Shown in pieces: positions 15,150-29,017 of a stretch of DNA of 124,000 bases (position 1 is its first letter; every line of letters starts with the position of its first letter). The notes beneath the pieces were generated by a model. That model was not told the DNA's origin. It worked only from the letters and a program-made list of their open reading frames with translations, and searched no databases. Origin of the DNA: Octopus vulgaris (taxonomy: Eukaryota). The translations under genes were made by a program, and so were the position numbers. The stretch spans positions 60,036,001 to 60,160,000 of the forward strand of contig OX597826.1 of the NCBI GenBank assembly GCA_951406725.2. Reading direction: 5' to 3'.

Positions 15150-15800
15150 AGTGATTCCATTCTTTTTCGTCTGCACTTTCTCTTCTATTTGGACCTTGAT
15201 ATTCTGAATGACATCTCGTCGTATTGGAAGGCTTCCGAGTGATGTCTTACAATCTCTCGGGCACCTCTGGATAGCTTCAAACATCCGTTTGTTGCTTGTA
15301 AACCTTGTGATATTTCCGGACCAACGAAACTCATGCTTTCGGTATTCCACAAATGCATGGCTCAGCTCAATCCGCCCTGTTCACGAATTACCTCGTTTCC
15401 TTTATCCTTCCATAAAAATATTTCTTACATGTATCTTTCTATTGGCCATCTATTTCGTAGTCAATCGCCGTTCTCCTTGTCCGTTGTAGCTCACATCATA
15501 CGTCGCTATATGAGTAGACTTAAGTAGTATTATTGAAGAGATTGATAAACAAGAACTTGTCCATCAGGGATTGTAACTGAGAGAAACTGTATCGGATTTA
15601 CCTTTACGCTGTGAGAGATCTTAGGGTTAATGTTTCGAAATACACTTACTGGCATTCTCAGGTAGAAGTTCTCTTTCACGTTCTTTATTTTGTCAGTTCC
15701 TTCCACTAACCTTACACTATGTATTTCCATGCGGTTTATTTCAAGGCCTTCTGCTGAACTCTGGGTATCTATCTCTGTCAGCAAGAACTTCTTCATTTCA
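15150..15800 (-). pseudogene. RTE-clade LINE ORF 3' fragment (late RT plus C-terminus)
   Basis: KFLLTEIDTQSSAEGLEINRM and EYRKHEFRWSGNITRFTSNKRMFEAIQRCPRDCKTSLGSLPIRRD match the RTE C-terminal pattern FRWAGHIARFTDNRW...WYPRD.KRPLGRPP.RW; frameshifted. Confidence 0.8.
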
Positions 15801-16296
15801 TCCACGAAATTATCTGATTTTAATTTCTATATTAGTGTCCCACAACAATGTAGTCTCTATTTTACAATTGTTGACATTAATAGAAAATCACGGGAAAAAA
15901 GTAATTAAATCAATATCAGTATTCTCACTTACAAAGCACATTCTTCTAATTCATGAAAACTTACTGAAAATTTCAACTTTAATATTTCTGGCGAGACTCT
16001 CCTCTCCCTCTCGTCATTCAAGCCACTTGTTCCGTGGCAAACATCTTCTCACACAAATCTTTCCCCCTTTCTCACACGTAGAAAATATATTATCGTGAGA
16101 TGTTTTTGAGTAGTTGATGGTGATTTATTAACTATATAATTTCCCATTCGAATAATTGATGGAACAATTTCGTTAGGAACTACGGTACTCCGCGTTAAAT
16201 ATTATTAATAATAGAATGTTTTATTAAATTAAGTTTTTGTTCATGACAAATATTTCTTCCATATATTGCTATTTTCATTTCGATAAAGTACTATAC

Positions 16297-16344
<48 letters not shown>

Positions 16345-16483
16345 TATGGGATTATATTTTCAGAAAAAAATTTAGATTCAAATGCATATGGTACTTTATT
16401 TAGATGCACCAGAATTTTTTATGGTATTACCCATAAAATTATGTGGGGTGATTGCTTATTTTTGGGTTATATATAAATATATA

Positions 16484-16528
<45 letters not shown>

Positions 16529-16950
16529 GTATGTATGTATACATCATTAATTTATATATATAGTAACTATGGAAGACTGGTGGGATTATTATTTGTATTG
16601 ACCTGATGTTTGCGTGCTATTTAGTATATAGTTTAGTTATTGTAGGTTTACTATTAATGCCGATACAGATGCACATAGAGAAAATGTGTTTGAATATAGT
16701 GGAGTTTTCTTTTTTGCATGTTTGTTCACAAACAACACTTATTTTTGTGCTGTTGACACCGCTGCATTGAATGGTAATGCCCACGTGTCGAAACCATAAT
16801 CATGTCTGTGGGGCAGCTGATGATGGAGGTATGTTGGATTGTTGGTATGACTGTTTTTACATAGGTACAATAGTGTTATAACACATCCTTTTGATATATA
16901 TATATATATATATATACATACTCATATAGATGCACACAATATTTACATCT

Positions 16951-16995
<45 letters not shown>

Positions 16996-17329
16996 AACAG
17001 TAAGGTTTAAAGTTTATGTCAAGAAAGCAAAACAAGTTTAGAAGACTAAATAAATTTTTTCCGACAAATTCAATATGTTTGCAAAATTCACTCATTCTGT
17101 TTTGAAAGTTCTATCTTGAAGCATTAGAGCTCCTTATAAGTCAAAGAATGTGTACAAAACGTACAGTATGATAGAAAAGGTGTAGCCTGTGTCATATCGT
17201 ACTTATCTAATACAGTGCCGAACGATATTAGTGGAGACCTGTTTTTGTAGCTATATTCAATAGACAAGACTATTATATAAAGGATAATTTATATATATAT
17301 ATATATTTATCACTAGCTCCTACACACAT

Positions 17330-17550
17330 TTTTCTCTCCTTGTTTTTTCTCTCCTTTTTTTCTCTCCTTTTTTCCTCTCCTTTTTTTTCTCTCCTTGTTT
17401 TTTTTCTACGTATCTTTCTGTCGAAGGGCGTAGCCTCGAAACGTAAAATACTTTTTCTATTTCTATTCCTGAGCGCCATACTAATACATTTGTTTGTTTG
17501 TACTCTATCTGCCTTCGTCTTTTGTTTATTTTCGTAAACCTTCCCGTTAT
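17330..17550 (+). mobile_element. Short hammerhead-bearing element, family H1 (degenerate core)
   Basis: TTT-CTGTCGA-AGGGCGTAGCCTC-GAAACGTA-AAA at 17415-17448, followed by the H1 tail TTCCTGAGCGCCATACTAATACA. Confidence 0.7.
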
Positions 17551-18069
17551 ATATATATATACATATATATATAAAGCAAATAAGTATCAAGGATGTCAAG
17601 GTTTTAGTGCATTGCGGCTGTTTCAGGTGGCTCCATTTAATCGAACAATGCAAGCATTACATCGATTTGAAATACACCGCCATCTTCGGATGCTTTTAAT
17701 ATAGGTTTTCCACATAGAGGATGCACCATTATAATTTTGGGCAAATATTTAATCTGAGGTAGAGAATGAAAAAATTACACGCTGCTATTAACGCAGCAGA
17801 ATGAAACTAGAGAGAAAATACCGTAACTATAATTTGGAGTGGCACGAGGTGTGCGGATAAAACCGGATTGACGTGGTGCATCAACTTATGTACGCAATAA
17901 GAATCTACTTCTAGCGTAAGGGTGTCTACCTAGTGGTTACCCCCTCTTATATGTACATAATACAATTTTACTGAACCTTCATTTTTTTTATACGCTAGAC
18001 TACTGTGAAATTGATGTTAATTAAATTAATATTAAATTTCTCACCGTCATTTTAAATTTATATATAGCA

Positions 18070-18116
18070 AAAACTGTCCGATGAACGGCAACGGGAAACT
18101 CAGAGTAACAGGTTTT
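18070..18116 (+). ncRNA. Type I hammerhead-like motif (U4C in core)
   Basis: AAAACTGT-CCGATGA-ACGGCAACGG-GAAACTCAGAGTA-ACAGGTTTT: 8 bp stem I, GCAA tetraloop in stem II, ACTC/GAGT helix III, GUA site. Confidence 0.6.
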
Positions 18117-19289
18117 GTTGAATTTTCTGCTGCTTTAAATAAAGTATATATATGTATATATATTGTTAAACTGTTTATGAAGTATGATATAACTATATCT
18201 CTCTCGGCATAATATATTATGTATTAAAAGTGGAGCAGAGAAGGAAGATTGTTACAGAATGTCTTAATCGTAACAAATTTTGTAAACTAGAATTCCTTCA
18301 GTTTGCCGGGAGAAGATGCTTTAATGTTTCAAGACAAAATGAAAGTTAGTTTGCCCAATTTCCTGTTCTTTGAAGTTGTGATATGCAATGATTCAATATA
18401 ATTTCTCATATTTACAAATACTAATACTTTAATATCAACGGCGTTATTGTTTTGCATTGAAGATCTTGAAATAAGGGGGAACAAGCAGTTTAAAATTCTG
18501 TATTTTGCGGCACCTTGAGTAAATGTCATCGAGCAATGCCGCAATGAGTGAACTTTCTAATTGGAAACGGTAAGGAAGCTCGTCATGTGTGTGTGTGTGT
18601 ATGTGTGTGTGTGTGTGTGTGTGTGAACGTGTGTGTTTATGTGTGTATCCGACCTCACAGCCGCTCGAAAACCGGTGTTGCTTTGTTTATATCTCAGTGG
18701 TTCGGCAACAGAGACAGACAAAATAAGTGCACTACTAAAAAATACGTTGAGCACTCGACCTCTATGATTAGGATCCCTTAAAGCCATGCCCCAGAATGGT
18801 CACGTTTCAATAACTGAAACCACTAAAAGACAAAGAACACGTCATATACTACATTAATCTAATGATCCCCTCTTCCACATTTTGCAACACGCTGGTGTGG
18901 GATTTGAGGTTTTAGGTGCTGTTTCTAGCAGATGGCTCCACTACATGAATGCCTCGTCATTGTAATGGGTGGAATGGTTCTTATTGAAGAAATAGTTAGA
19001 CTGATGATGTTTTTTTGTTTTTTATTTTCTGAGAAGCTGACACCATTAACTATTCGTCTTTACCGCTATTTGCACCTCATCGAAACATAAATATAATTAA
19101 AGCCATTCCATGCATGACCATCCTGCTTTTGTATTTCAGTCAGGTAGCTACGTTATCTAGCATCTGCCTACCTTTTCGGAAGACAATAAAATGTAATTTG
19201 AGGGGCATTTGGCTGCTCTTGCTTGCTTTTGAAGCGAACATGTACAGGCTCCCTCATTGTTTCGTAATATGCTTTGTGGTGGAGATGAT

Positions 19290-22200
19290 GGTGTTGGCGG
19301 CGGTGGCTGTGTTAGAGGTGGCGTATCGACTGTGGTAGTGAGGTGATGGTACCGTGATTGTAGTTAAAGAGATAATAGTGTGACGAAATGGTAGCAATGC
19401 TGTGAGCGACGTTGATGAGGTGCTCAGAGTAGTGGAGGTTGGTGGTGATGGTAACCGTCATCGTCATCACCATCGTGTACCGAGAATGGTGTTATTAGAA
19501 GAGCGGTGGCGATGGTGGTGGTGGTTGTGGCGGTGCTGTTGCTGATGGTAGTGGTGGTAGTCGTCGTCGTCGTCGTTGTCGATGTCGTCATCGTCATTTA
19601 CTGGCCTAGATGCTACTACAAGAATAGTGACGATGGTGGTGGTGATGTTGTTGGTGTTCGTGTAGTGGGGTATGAGTATGTTGTGATGATGGTGATGCTG
19701 GTTGTGGGGGCGGTGGAGCCGTAACTGGTGGCGGTGGTGTTGGTGTTGGTGGTGGTGGTGTTGGTGGTAGTGGTGGTGGTGGTGATGAGGGTGCTGGTTG
19801 TGTTGGTGGTGTTGTTGGTGGTGGTGTTGGTGGTGGTGTTGGTGGTGGTGGTTGTGGTGGTGATGGTGTTGGTGGTGGTGTTGGTGGTGGTGGTGTTGGT
19901 GGTGGTGTTGGTGGTGCTGTTGGTGGTGGTGTTGGTGTTGGTGGCGGTGCTGGTGCTGGTGGTGGTGGTGGTGGTGGTGGTGGTAGTGGTGCTGAGGGTG
20001 CTGGTGGTGTTGGTGTTGGATATGTGTTATTACTAATATACATATATTCATTACTGCTCTCGGCACAAGACCCGAAATTTTGGGGGAGGGGGCCAGTCGA
20101 TTAGATCGACCCCAGTACGCGACTGGTACTTAATTTATCGACCGCGAAAGGATGAAAAGTAAAGCCGACTTCGGCGGAATTTGAACTCAGAACGTGCGAT
20201 ATTACGTATATTGCGACACGGTTGTATTTCTATTTAAGATGATGGTCGTCGCTTGGTTTGTTTAACGATGGTGGCAGCGGAGATAGTAGCGACAGTGGTG
20301 TGAGTAGTGGTAGTGGTGGTAGTGTTACAAATAATGATGATTGTGAAAGTGGTGGTAGCGGTCATAGTAGTGTTAGTGGTGGTTATTTGGTGATGGCGTT
20401 GTTTGTGAAGGTGGTGCTGACTATATTTGTGGTGATGGTATTGGTGATGGCTGAGATGGTGGTAGTGGCGATGGTGGTGGTGGTGGGGGGTGATGGTGAG
20501 AGTGGTGATGGTGGTTGTAGTGGGGATGGTGGAGAGTTGATGGTTGTGATGGTGGTAGTTGTGATGGTGGCAGTGGCGATGTTGGTAGTGGCGATGGTGA
20601 GAGTGGTGATGGTGGGAGAGGTAATGGTTGTGATGGTGGTAGTGGCGATGGTTGTGGTGGTTATGGTGGGAGAGGTAATGGTTGTGATGGTGGTGAAGGT
20701 GTTAGAGACGGTGGTGGTGGTGATGTTAGTAGTGGTGATGGTGGCTGTATTCATAGCCATAGTGGTGAAGATAATGATGATGACGATGATAATGATGACG
20801 ACGACGACGATGATGACTACGTCGACGGTAGTTTTAGCTGATGTGAAGTTAGCGGAAGCGGGTGGATGGTGAACGAGTGAAAGATGGCGGAGAAAGAGAT
20901 GTCGTTTATGTCGTTTGCGGATTTGTAACTGCTGAGAAAATTCCAACGGAATCCCTTGACATTGATCGATGGACAATAAAGTGCCGAACCCAGGGTGGCG
21001 GGAAGAGGTGTAGCCGTGTTGGCAGTAGTAACAGCAGGTGTAGATGGTAGTGTGATAGTGGGAGTGGTAGTGGTCGCTTGTGTGATGGTAGTAGTCGTGG
21101 TGTGGCTTTGATATTAATTTTGATGGCGGTGGTGGTGTTGGTGGTGGTGGTGATGGTGGTGGTGATTTTAATGGTGTTGTAGACGTAGGAGTAGTTGTTT
21201 TGGTTATCAGTATTGATTATGATGGTGATAGTGGTGGTGGTGGTGGTGGTGGTGGTGTTGGTGGGTTTCTGGGTGCGGGGGTGATATAATAAGCGTTCAC
21301 ATTTGTGGCGGCGGCGGCGGCAGTTTTGATCGTGATGTTCGAGTGGTATGGCTAGTGGTTGAGCTGATAACTGTGGGAACGGTGGTGGAGGCGGCAGCTT
21401 TGGGCATGGAGGCGGTGGTGGTGGTGGTGGTGGGAGGAATTGTGGTACGGTGGTGGTGACAGTGGAGGCATTGATTTCGCTCTTGTTGTTGTTTTTGTTG
21501 TTGTTGTTGTTGGTGGTGGTGATGGTAGTAATGGTGGTAGATGTGATCGTAGTGCTAGTAGGTTCAGCAATAGTCGTAGTGGTGATAACGATGGGTACTT
21601 TGATGATGTTGGTGCGGCAGTGACAATGACGGCGTCGGTAGCAGTGGTGGCAGTAGTGCTAAATTTATTATTATTGTTGTTGTTGCTGTTGTTGTTGTTG
21701 GTGGTGGTGGTGGTGATGGTGGTGGTGGTGGTGGTGATAATAATAGCAGTGATAATGACGGGGGATGGTGGTAGCAGTGGAAGCCTGGTTGTTGTGGTGG
21801 TGGAGGTGGTTATTGATGATGAAATTGATGATGATGATGATGATGATGAAGATGATGATGATGATGATGATGACGACGACGATGATGATGATGTTGATGA
21901 CAACGGCGACGACGATGATGATGATGACGACGACGACGACGATGATGATGATGATGATGACGATGATGATGATGATGATTGTGCTAGGAACAGTGCTAGC
22001 CATAATGATGGTGGTAGCGATTGAGATGGCGCTGGTGGTGGTTCTGGTCGATAGAGTCGGCGTGATCGAATTAGGATACGTTTACCTACCAGATTGTACT
22101 TTGGCGGTGGGATCAGTGGTAACGGCAACGTTTGTGGTTGATATTATTCTTAATGTTGTTATATTCGCAGATTTAGTGGCGGCGGCGTGGTGGTGGTGGT
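19290..22200. repeat. About 2.9 kb degenerate GGT/GAT/GTT trinucleotide low-complexity block, with a family B SINE at 20055-20195
   Basis: Directly visible; accounts for all poly-V/H/P/D/M ORFs in the track for this interval. Confidence 0.95.
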
Positions 22201-22616
22201 GAGGGTATGGAATGGGCGTGGTCGGGCGTAATGTTGTTCCTCAGGATTGCGGGATGGATACTGAAAAACAACAAAAAAAAATGACGGGATAGAATTTTAT
22301 CACGCCGATGATGTTTATTTTGTTAAGGTGGATTTGTGAAGTACGACAATAAAGAGCAAGTTTATGAAGATAAATATCAGTCAGTAAACACCCCAGTCTC
22401 CACAGCCACCCGCACCATACCGAGACCTACAACGCAGCGCCTCATAGACCTTCATTTCCAATTCCGTCAAAACATACGCTGTCTGTAAAAATCCTCATTG
22501 CGAAAGGACTTCAATATGGACACAGTATATTTATAAACAAATGTACTCTGATGTGGGTGTCTGTGTGTGTGTGTGTTTGCGCGCGTGTGTGTGTGTGTGT
22601 GTGCGTGTGTGTGAGT

Positions 22617-22665
<49 letters not shown>

Positions 22666-23559
22666 TGTGTCTGTGTGTTTGAATGAGGAGACAGACTGAT
22701 CGGAGGTAATGCGTAAACAGAGAATATGTTACAAAATTTCTGTGTATGATATAAACACACACACACATCCACATTATCACACACTCCCACACACAGACAC
22801 ACACACATATATATGTACATATATGCATACACACGTAGAAACATACATACGCCTACACTTAGACATACGAGCTACACTCACACACATACATTAATGTATA
22901 TGTGTGTGCGTGTGTGTATGTATATACAGAAATAGATAGATAGATTGATAGACAGGTAAATAGATAGATAGGCAAGTAAACATATATATATATATACACA
23001 TATACATATATATATATATATATAGATAGATACATAGATACATAGATACATACATACATTCATAGATACATACATACATACATACATACATAGAAAAATA
23101 GAAAAATCAGAGAGACACACAGACAGACAGGAAGATAGACTGTGAAAGATAGAAGGACTCTTTCTCGGTTTTCTGGGAGTTCTAGTCTGACACTGAACAG
23201 GGAATATCAGGAAATCGTTGATGTTTGTGAGAAGAAGGGAGAGGCGACAGTCATTAGATTGTACTCAATCTTGGAGAAATGTGTCTTTTGTTTACTCCCA
23301 ACATTGTTTTTCTGACAGATATTACAAGAAAATTGCCAGCAGTTAGACGTAAAGAAGTGAGCAGAGGAACCCAATACAGGCAGGAGGAACAACAACAGCA
23401 ACAATAAACCTTAAACAACAAACACTGAATACGCAGCTATAACAGAAGTAGCAGCATGCTCAGCAACCACAATAACTACAACTACATGAAAATGGAAACA
23501 TATACGTTCATGCACTGACACGTACGCGCGCACATACACTATCTATCTATCTATCAATA

Positions 23560-23596
<37 letters not shown>

Positions 23597-23666
23597 GTCT
23601 GTATGTATGTCTGTCTGTCTGTCTATCTATCTATATTTCACACTGTGTTTCTCTCTCTCTCTCTCT

Positions 23667-23722
<56 letters not shown>

Positions 23723-23723
<1 letters not shown>

Positions 23724-23960
23724 TATATACATATGAGAGGGATGACCACTATGTAGACAACTCTTATGCTAGAAGCGGATCCGCTATGGTCTTGCCACTA
23801 AGAAATCCACTTCTAGCATAAGGTTTGTCCACATAGTGGTCATCCCTCTCATATGTATATAAAACAATTTACTGAACCTTCAGATTTTACTATGCTAGAC
23901 CACTGGTTTTAAATTGATGCTAATCAAATTAATATCCAATTTTCCCCCTCATTTTAAATT
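23723..23960 (+). mobile_element. Foldback element, family F (58 bp inverted arms plus unpaired 3' tail)
   Basis: ATATACATATGAGAGGGATGACCACTATG...AGAAGCGGAT pairs with ATCCACTTCTAGC...CATCCCTCTCATATGTATAT. The tail ACTGAACCTTC...AAATTGATG is shared with 17905-18060 and 35610-35710. Confidence 0.75.
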
Positions 23961-25124
23961 TATATATGTGTATATATAGACATATATTTGTGTATACATA
24001 TATGTACACGTATACATATACATATATACATATAAATATACATAGGCATATATGCGTGTAGATTTAGAAAAATTATCAGTTAGTGGTTATGCAACCGTGT
24101 AAGGGATAAATGTATCCGTAGGCACTACTGGGTATTACTAAACTATGTACAGGTCTTGCTATAAGGTTAACAGCTGTTGGTAATGTAAGTGGTAAATTGC
24201 GGTTTGATATATTCCGATAAAAAAGAAATGGAGCAGCAATTATCGATTAGAAGTAGATCATTGGTATTAAATGGTCATAGTTTAATTATAGTTAAAATAA
24301 CACTTACAGATGTTTCGGTTTGTTATTTTATTTTTGAGGTAAATTTGCATTTATCTCGTTCATTGTAATAAACATCGTCAGAATGATTCGGAGATTATCA
24401 GAGGAAGATTAACAGGCGAAAAAAGGGCAAAAAGAAAAGGAAAAGGAAAAAAGGAATAAAGGGAAAAAAGGAAACTAAATAATATTCGTCATACTGGTAA
24501 CTTTCTTTAGAATTGAGATTGAACAAACCTATGAACAAATTCGTTTCATCCGTTATGATACCATTTTATATCCTAATACTATGATGAAGACAGTATATAT
24601 GCCTTATACAATATTTTCTTCTTAAAGGAAAAAATTAGAATATTTGCTAAGAAATGTGGCTAATATAAGCTAATAAATGTATGCACGTTACCCTGCTGCA
24701 ATCAAATCCCCGATGATCTGCTGGTTCACAGGTGGATGGCATAAGGAACTGACTGTATCTAGTCCCGTTTATATACGCACCAAATCAATTAGCGAGACAG
24801 AGTGCCACCTTTAGAAATATACTCGTTTGCATTTGACGGGTATCGTTACCTATACATAGACACATACGTACATACATACAAGAATTCATACATACATACA
24901 TTCATACATACAGAGAGACAGGCAGACGGATATACACATAAATAATTCATAAACTGGAGATACGTGCTCAAGTCAAACGGGCAGACCTCATGTTAATATA
25001 TATATGTGTATGCATGTATATTTATGTATACACACACAGCCGGAGAGGCAGACAGACATACGCACACTCGTTCATACATATACACACACATATAGTCATA
25101 TATATACACACATACACATTCTCT

Positions 25125-25530
25125 TTCACTCTTTTATTTGTTTCAGTCATATGACTGCAGCTATGCTGGAGCACCGCCTGTAGTCGAACGAATCGATCCC
25201 AGAACGTATTCTTTGTAAGCCTAGTACTTATGCCATCAGACCCTTTTTGTCGAACCGCTAAGTTACAGGAACGTAAACATATCAGCATCGGTTGTCAAGC
25301 GATGTTAGGGGTGGGGAACAAACACGCACACACATACACACACACACACACAAACTCATATATATATATATATACGACAGGCTTTTTCAGTTTCCGTCTA
25401 CTAAGTCCACTCACAAGGCCTTGGTCGACCCGAGGCTGTCGTAGCAGTCACTTGCACAAGATGCCACGCAGTGGGACTGAACCCGGAACCATGTGGTTGG
25501 TAAGCAAGCTACTTACCACACAACCAATCC
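25125..25530 (-). mobile_element. SINE family A
   Basis: Full head, middle and tail motifs of family A on the minus strand. Confidence 0.9.
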
Positions 25531-25894
25531 TACGATTATCATCATCACCATTGGCCTCATATTTCTTATGTGAGAATCACGATAGTATTCTAGTTGAAGT
25601 GTGCTGTTAAAGACCACTAAGAAATATAATAATAATGATATTAATAATGATAATCATCCTCATCATCACGATCGTCGTTATCACTATGCCAATCATCATC
25701 ATTGCCATCATCACGGCGTTTGTCATTATCGTCTTAACGCTATGTTTAGTATAAAAGCTTTAAGCCAATATGTAAATAACTAGAACCTGATTGACGTGAG
25801 GAATCATGTTGAATGTTAATTTATTTTAATGTTCATTCAGGTGTAGCGAAGGAGATTTCGATAACAATAGTAAAGTGCACAACGGGAGAAAGTG

Positions 25895-25914
25895 ATGAAA
25901 TGATGATGGTGATG

Positions 25915-25966
<52 letters not shown>

Positions 25967-26221
25967 GGGGTGGTGGTGGTGGTGATGATGATGATGAGGA
26001 GGAGGAGGATGATGTTGATGATGATGAAGACGATTATGACGACGACGATGATGATACTGACGATGATGACAAATATCATAATACTAATGATAATAGTAAC
26101 AATGAAGACGATGTTAATGATAGAAACAGCAACGACAAGAGCAACAACGAAAACAACAACAGCAACAAAAACAGCAGGAATAACAAAAAAAGCAACAGCC
26201 ACGACGATGATGATGATGATG

Positions 26222-26269
<48 letters not shown>

Positions 26270-26425
26270 GTAATAATAATAATAATAATAACAATAATAA
26301 TGATAATAATAATAATAATAATATTAATATTAATAATCATGATAATAATAATAATTATAATAATAATAATAATAATATTAATAATAATAATAATAATAAT
26401 TATAATAATAATAATAATAATAAAG
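25895..26425. repeat. Compound (GAT)n/(GAC)n/(AAC)n/(AAT)n trinucleotide array
   Basis: Directly visible. Confidence 0.95.
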
Positions 26426-26571
26426 GGTTTGTGAATAACTAAAAGGAGTTAAAGAGATACAATAATATACAGTATAAGCGAAAATATGACAGTAGTTATG
26501 AAACGTATGTAATGAGTTAAGATGTTATCCAGAAACATATTATGCAACATGTGACGGGTCATACTAAATAA

Positions 26572-26640
<69 letters not shown>

Positions 26641-27024
26641 ACAAAATTGTTAAAACATGTAGAGTTTCAGTAAAATGTGATCTACTTACGCCGAAAGGAA
26701 ACAAATATCAAAGAGAGAAAGTGTTAGAGCTTTCCCCGCGTGTAGGAGCGGCTAGATTTTGCCTAGGTTTGGTTACAACATCCTCGCAGTTGCCACTTCT
26801 CATACAGTGTCCTTGTGCGCATAAGTATATCCTTTAGCACATTCTGGATGGGTTTCTTTAGAGATATACCCACCTCCCAAGGCAAAATAAGTTACTTATA
26901 TATACATACGCACATAAACACACACACACATACACACACACAAACACACATATACACACGCACACACATGCACACAGACTTGTGCGCACACTATGTATAT
27001 TTATATACACACACACACACACAT

Positions 27025-27240
27025 ACTGTGACCGTGTGTGTACCGTTGGCGATTTTTTTTCTCCGTCTTCCCTTTTCTAGATCTTTCCTTTTCCTATGTT
27101 TCTGACGAAGAGCTCCGCTCGAAACGTTAAACCCTTCCCTTCCTTCCTGAGCGTCCAATGATACTATATTTATTCCACGTCCTCACGTTGTTGTGTTTTC
27201 TCTTTGTGTTTTCATGTTTGGATTAACTTTATATATATAT
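27025..27240 (+). mobile_element. Short hammerhead-bearing element, family H1
   Basis: Shares its 5' part (GGCGATTTTTTTCTCC) and tail (CCTGAGCGTCCAAT...CCACGTCCTCACG...CATGTTTGGATTAACT) with 99181-99390 and 118670-118880; ends in (TA)n. Confidence 0.8.
27098..27132 (+). ncRNA. Minimal type I hammerhead ribozyme, intact core
   Basis: GTTT-CTGACGA-A-GAGC(TCC)GCTC-GAAACGTT-AAAC: stem I GTTT/AAAC, CUGANGA, stem II, GAAA, palindromic ACGU helix III, GUU site after 27128. Confidence 0.75.
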
Positions 27241-28789
27241 ATACATACACACAGGCACATGCAAATGGCTTCCACATAATTTCAGCTTTCTACGACACGT
27301 GAAATACGTAAACATCCAAGGATGACTGGACGTAGTTCATGAAATACTAGACACGGTAGCCAGTCACTCTCAAGTCACAATTTGCCGTCTTAAAATGTGA
27401 TTATTGAAAAGGAAACTAAACAATATTCGTCATACTGGTAACTTTCTATAGAATTGAGATTGAACAAACCTATGAACAAATTCGTTTCATCCGTTATGAT
27501 ACCATTTTCTATCGTAATACTATGATGAAGACAGTATATCTGTCTTATACAATATTTTCTTCTTAAATAAATTATTGTGTGATATGTAGAATATCCATCT
27601 ATTATAATTGCTGGGTGAGTAATAGCGTTAGGTTCTGTAGTTTAGCCTGCAAAATTACTATGTCATCTAACGCGCCATATTTATCAATTTTCGTTAAATT
27701 TAATATCGTTAATACTTAAACATTGAATCAACTGTATGCACTTGTAAATTTTGACCAATGATAAAGAAGGACATGGATTATTGTTAATTGAATGTCATTG
27801 CTCCCAATTCTACAAATATCGCTCTAAAACCATAATATCGTTAACGATATACTAACGTACAATTCGCCATGCTACTATTATCTAACGTAATATTTCATTG
27901 AAACAGTATGTTTTCAATTTGAAAAGCAGGTAATCTAGAAACCTATATCCTCTTTATGTCCATCTAAATTTTCTTCTTTGTCGAACTATCATTTTGCTTC
28001 CACTGTAAAACCCAAGCGGAATGAAGTTATCTAAATTCTTTTGTTTTAATTAGGACTGCAGTTAACATTAAACACAGCATTTAAATAGTTTTAGATAACG
28101 CTTCAATAAAAAAAATGGCGATTTCTCGCTTCGTTGCGTACTTTGCTAATTAATGTCACATCCGCTATTTTATTTTTAATTTAAAATTTATTCCCTGGAG
28201 ACAAAATGTTATGATACAAAACAAGTAAAAAATACTAATTTATTCGACCACATTGAACTACCTTCATCAATTAATTATTGCTTCTCATTTCTCTTCGGCT
28301 GGATTGCATTTGAATAAATGTTCCTGTGTTGCTTTAAATATTATGTTTCTTTTTTTCAAATATAGAATATTTGGTTATTGTTTGTGTTTCGTATTTGCTA
28401 TTTCTTCTTTTCTCTAATACTGAGTAACTGGTTTTAAGACATTGCAGAATTTATTAAGGCTATCATTTCAAAATCTGCAGCAAATGTTTAAATTCACAAA
28501 TACGGAAAATGATCAACAAACTTAAAATATTATAATCATTTTTTTTTAAACTTTAAAGCGTGTTCTGTATTTCTTCTCTCTCTTGATTTTCTTCAAATTC
28601 ATTTTAGTAAAACAGACCTCTCGGCAAGAAAATGTTTTGAACTAATAGTTTGGTAAAACTATCGAGGTTATTGATTAATTTATCGGTGAAAACAGAGAAC
28701 TAGTGCCACGCATTTGTTTCCCTGACTTGTTACAATGACAATACAACAAAACATTAATAGGTTTCGGTTTAAAATAAATATTAACATTC

Positions 28790-29015
28790 CTATATTCTTT
28801 TACTTGTTTCAGTCATATGATTGCGGACAAACTGGAGCATCACCTTTAGTCGAGCAAAACGACTCAAGACTTATTTTTTGTAAGCCTAGTACTTATTCTA
28901 TCGTACTCTTTTGCCGAAACGCTAAGTTACGGGGACGTAAACACACCAGCATCTGTTATCAAGCGATGTTTGGGGTGAGGGGACAAACACAGACACACAA
29001 ACGTATACAGATATA
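28790..29015 (-). mobile_element. SINE family A 3' half, abutting a Tc1 insertion
   Basis: Family A tail motifs run up to the internal TA tract, where the Tc1 TIR begins. Confidence 0.8.
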
Positions 29016-29017
29016 TA

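Noticed and set aside
16780-16830. GAAAC...GTC...CTGATGA in type II hammerhead order
   Set aside because: Stems I, II and III do not pair adequately by inspection.
19467-20066. His/Gln-rich and Pro/Thr-rich (extensin-like) ORFs
   Set aside because: All frames on both strands are open because of the GGT repeat; no splice or signal evidence.
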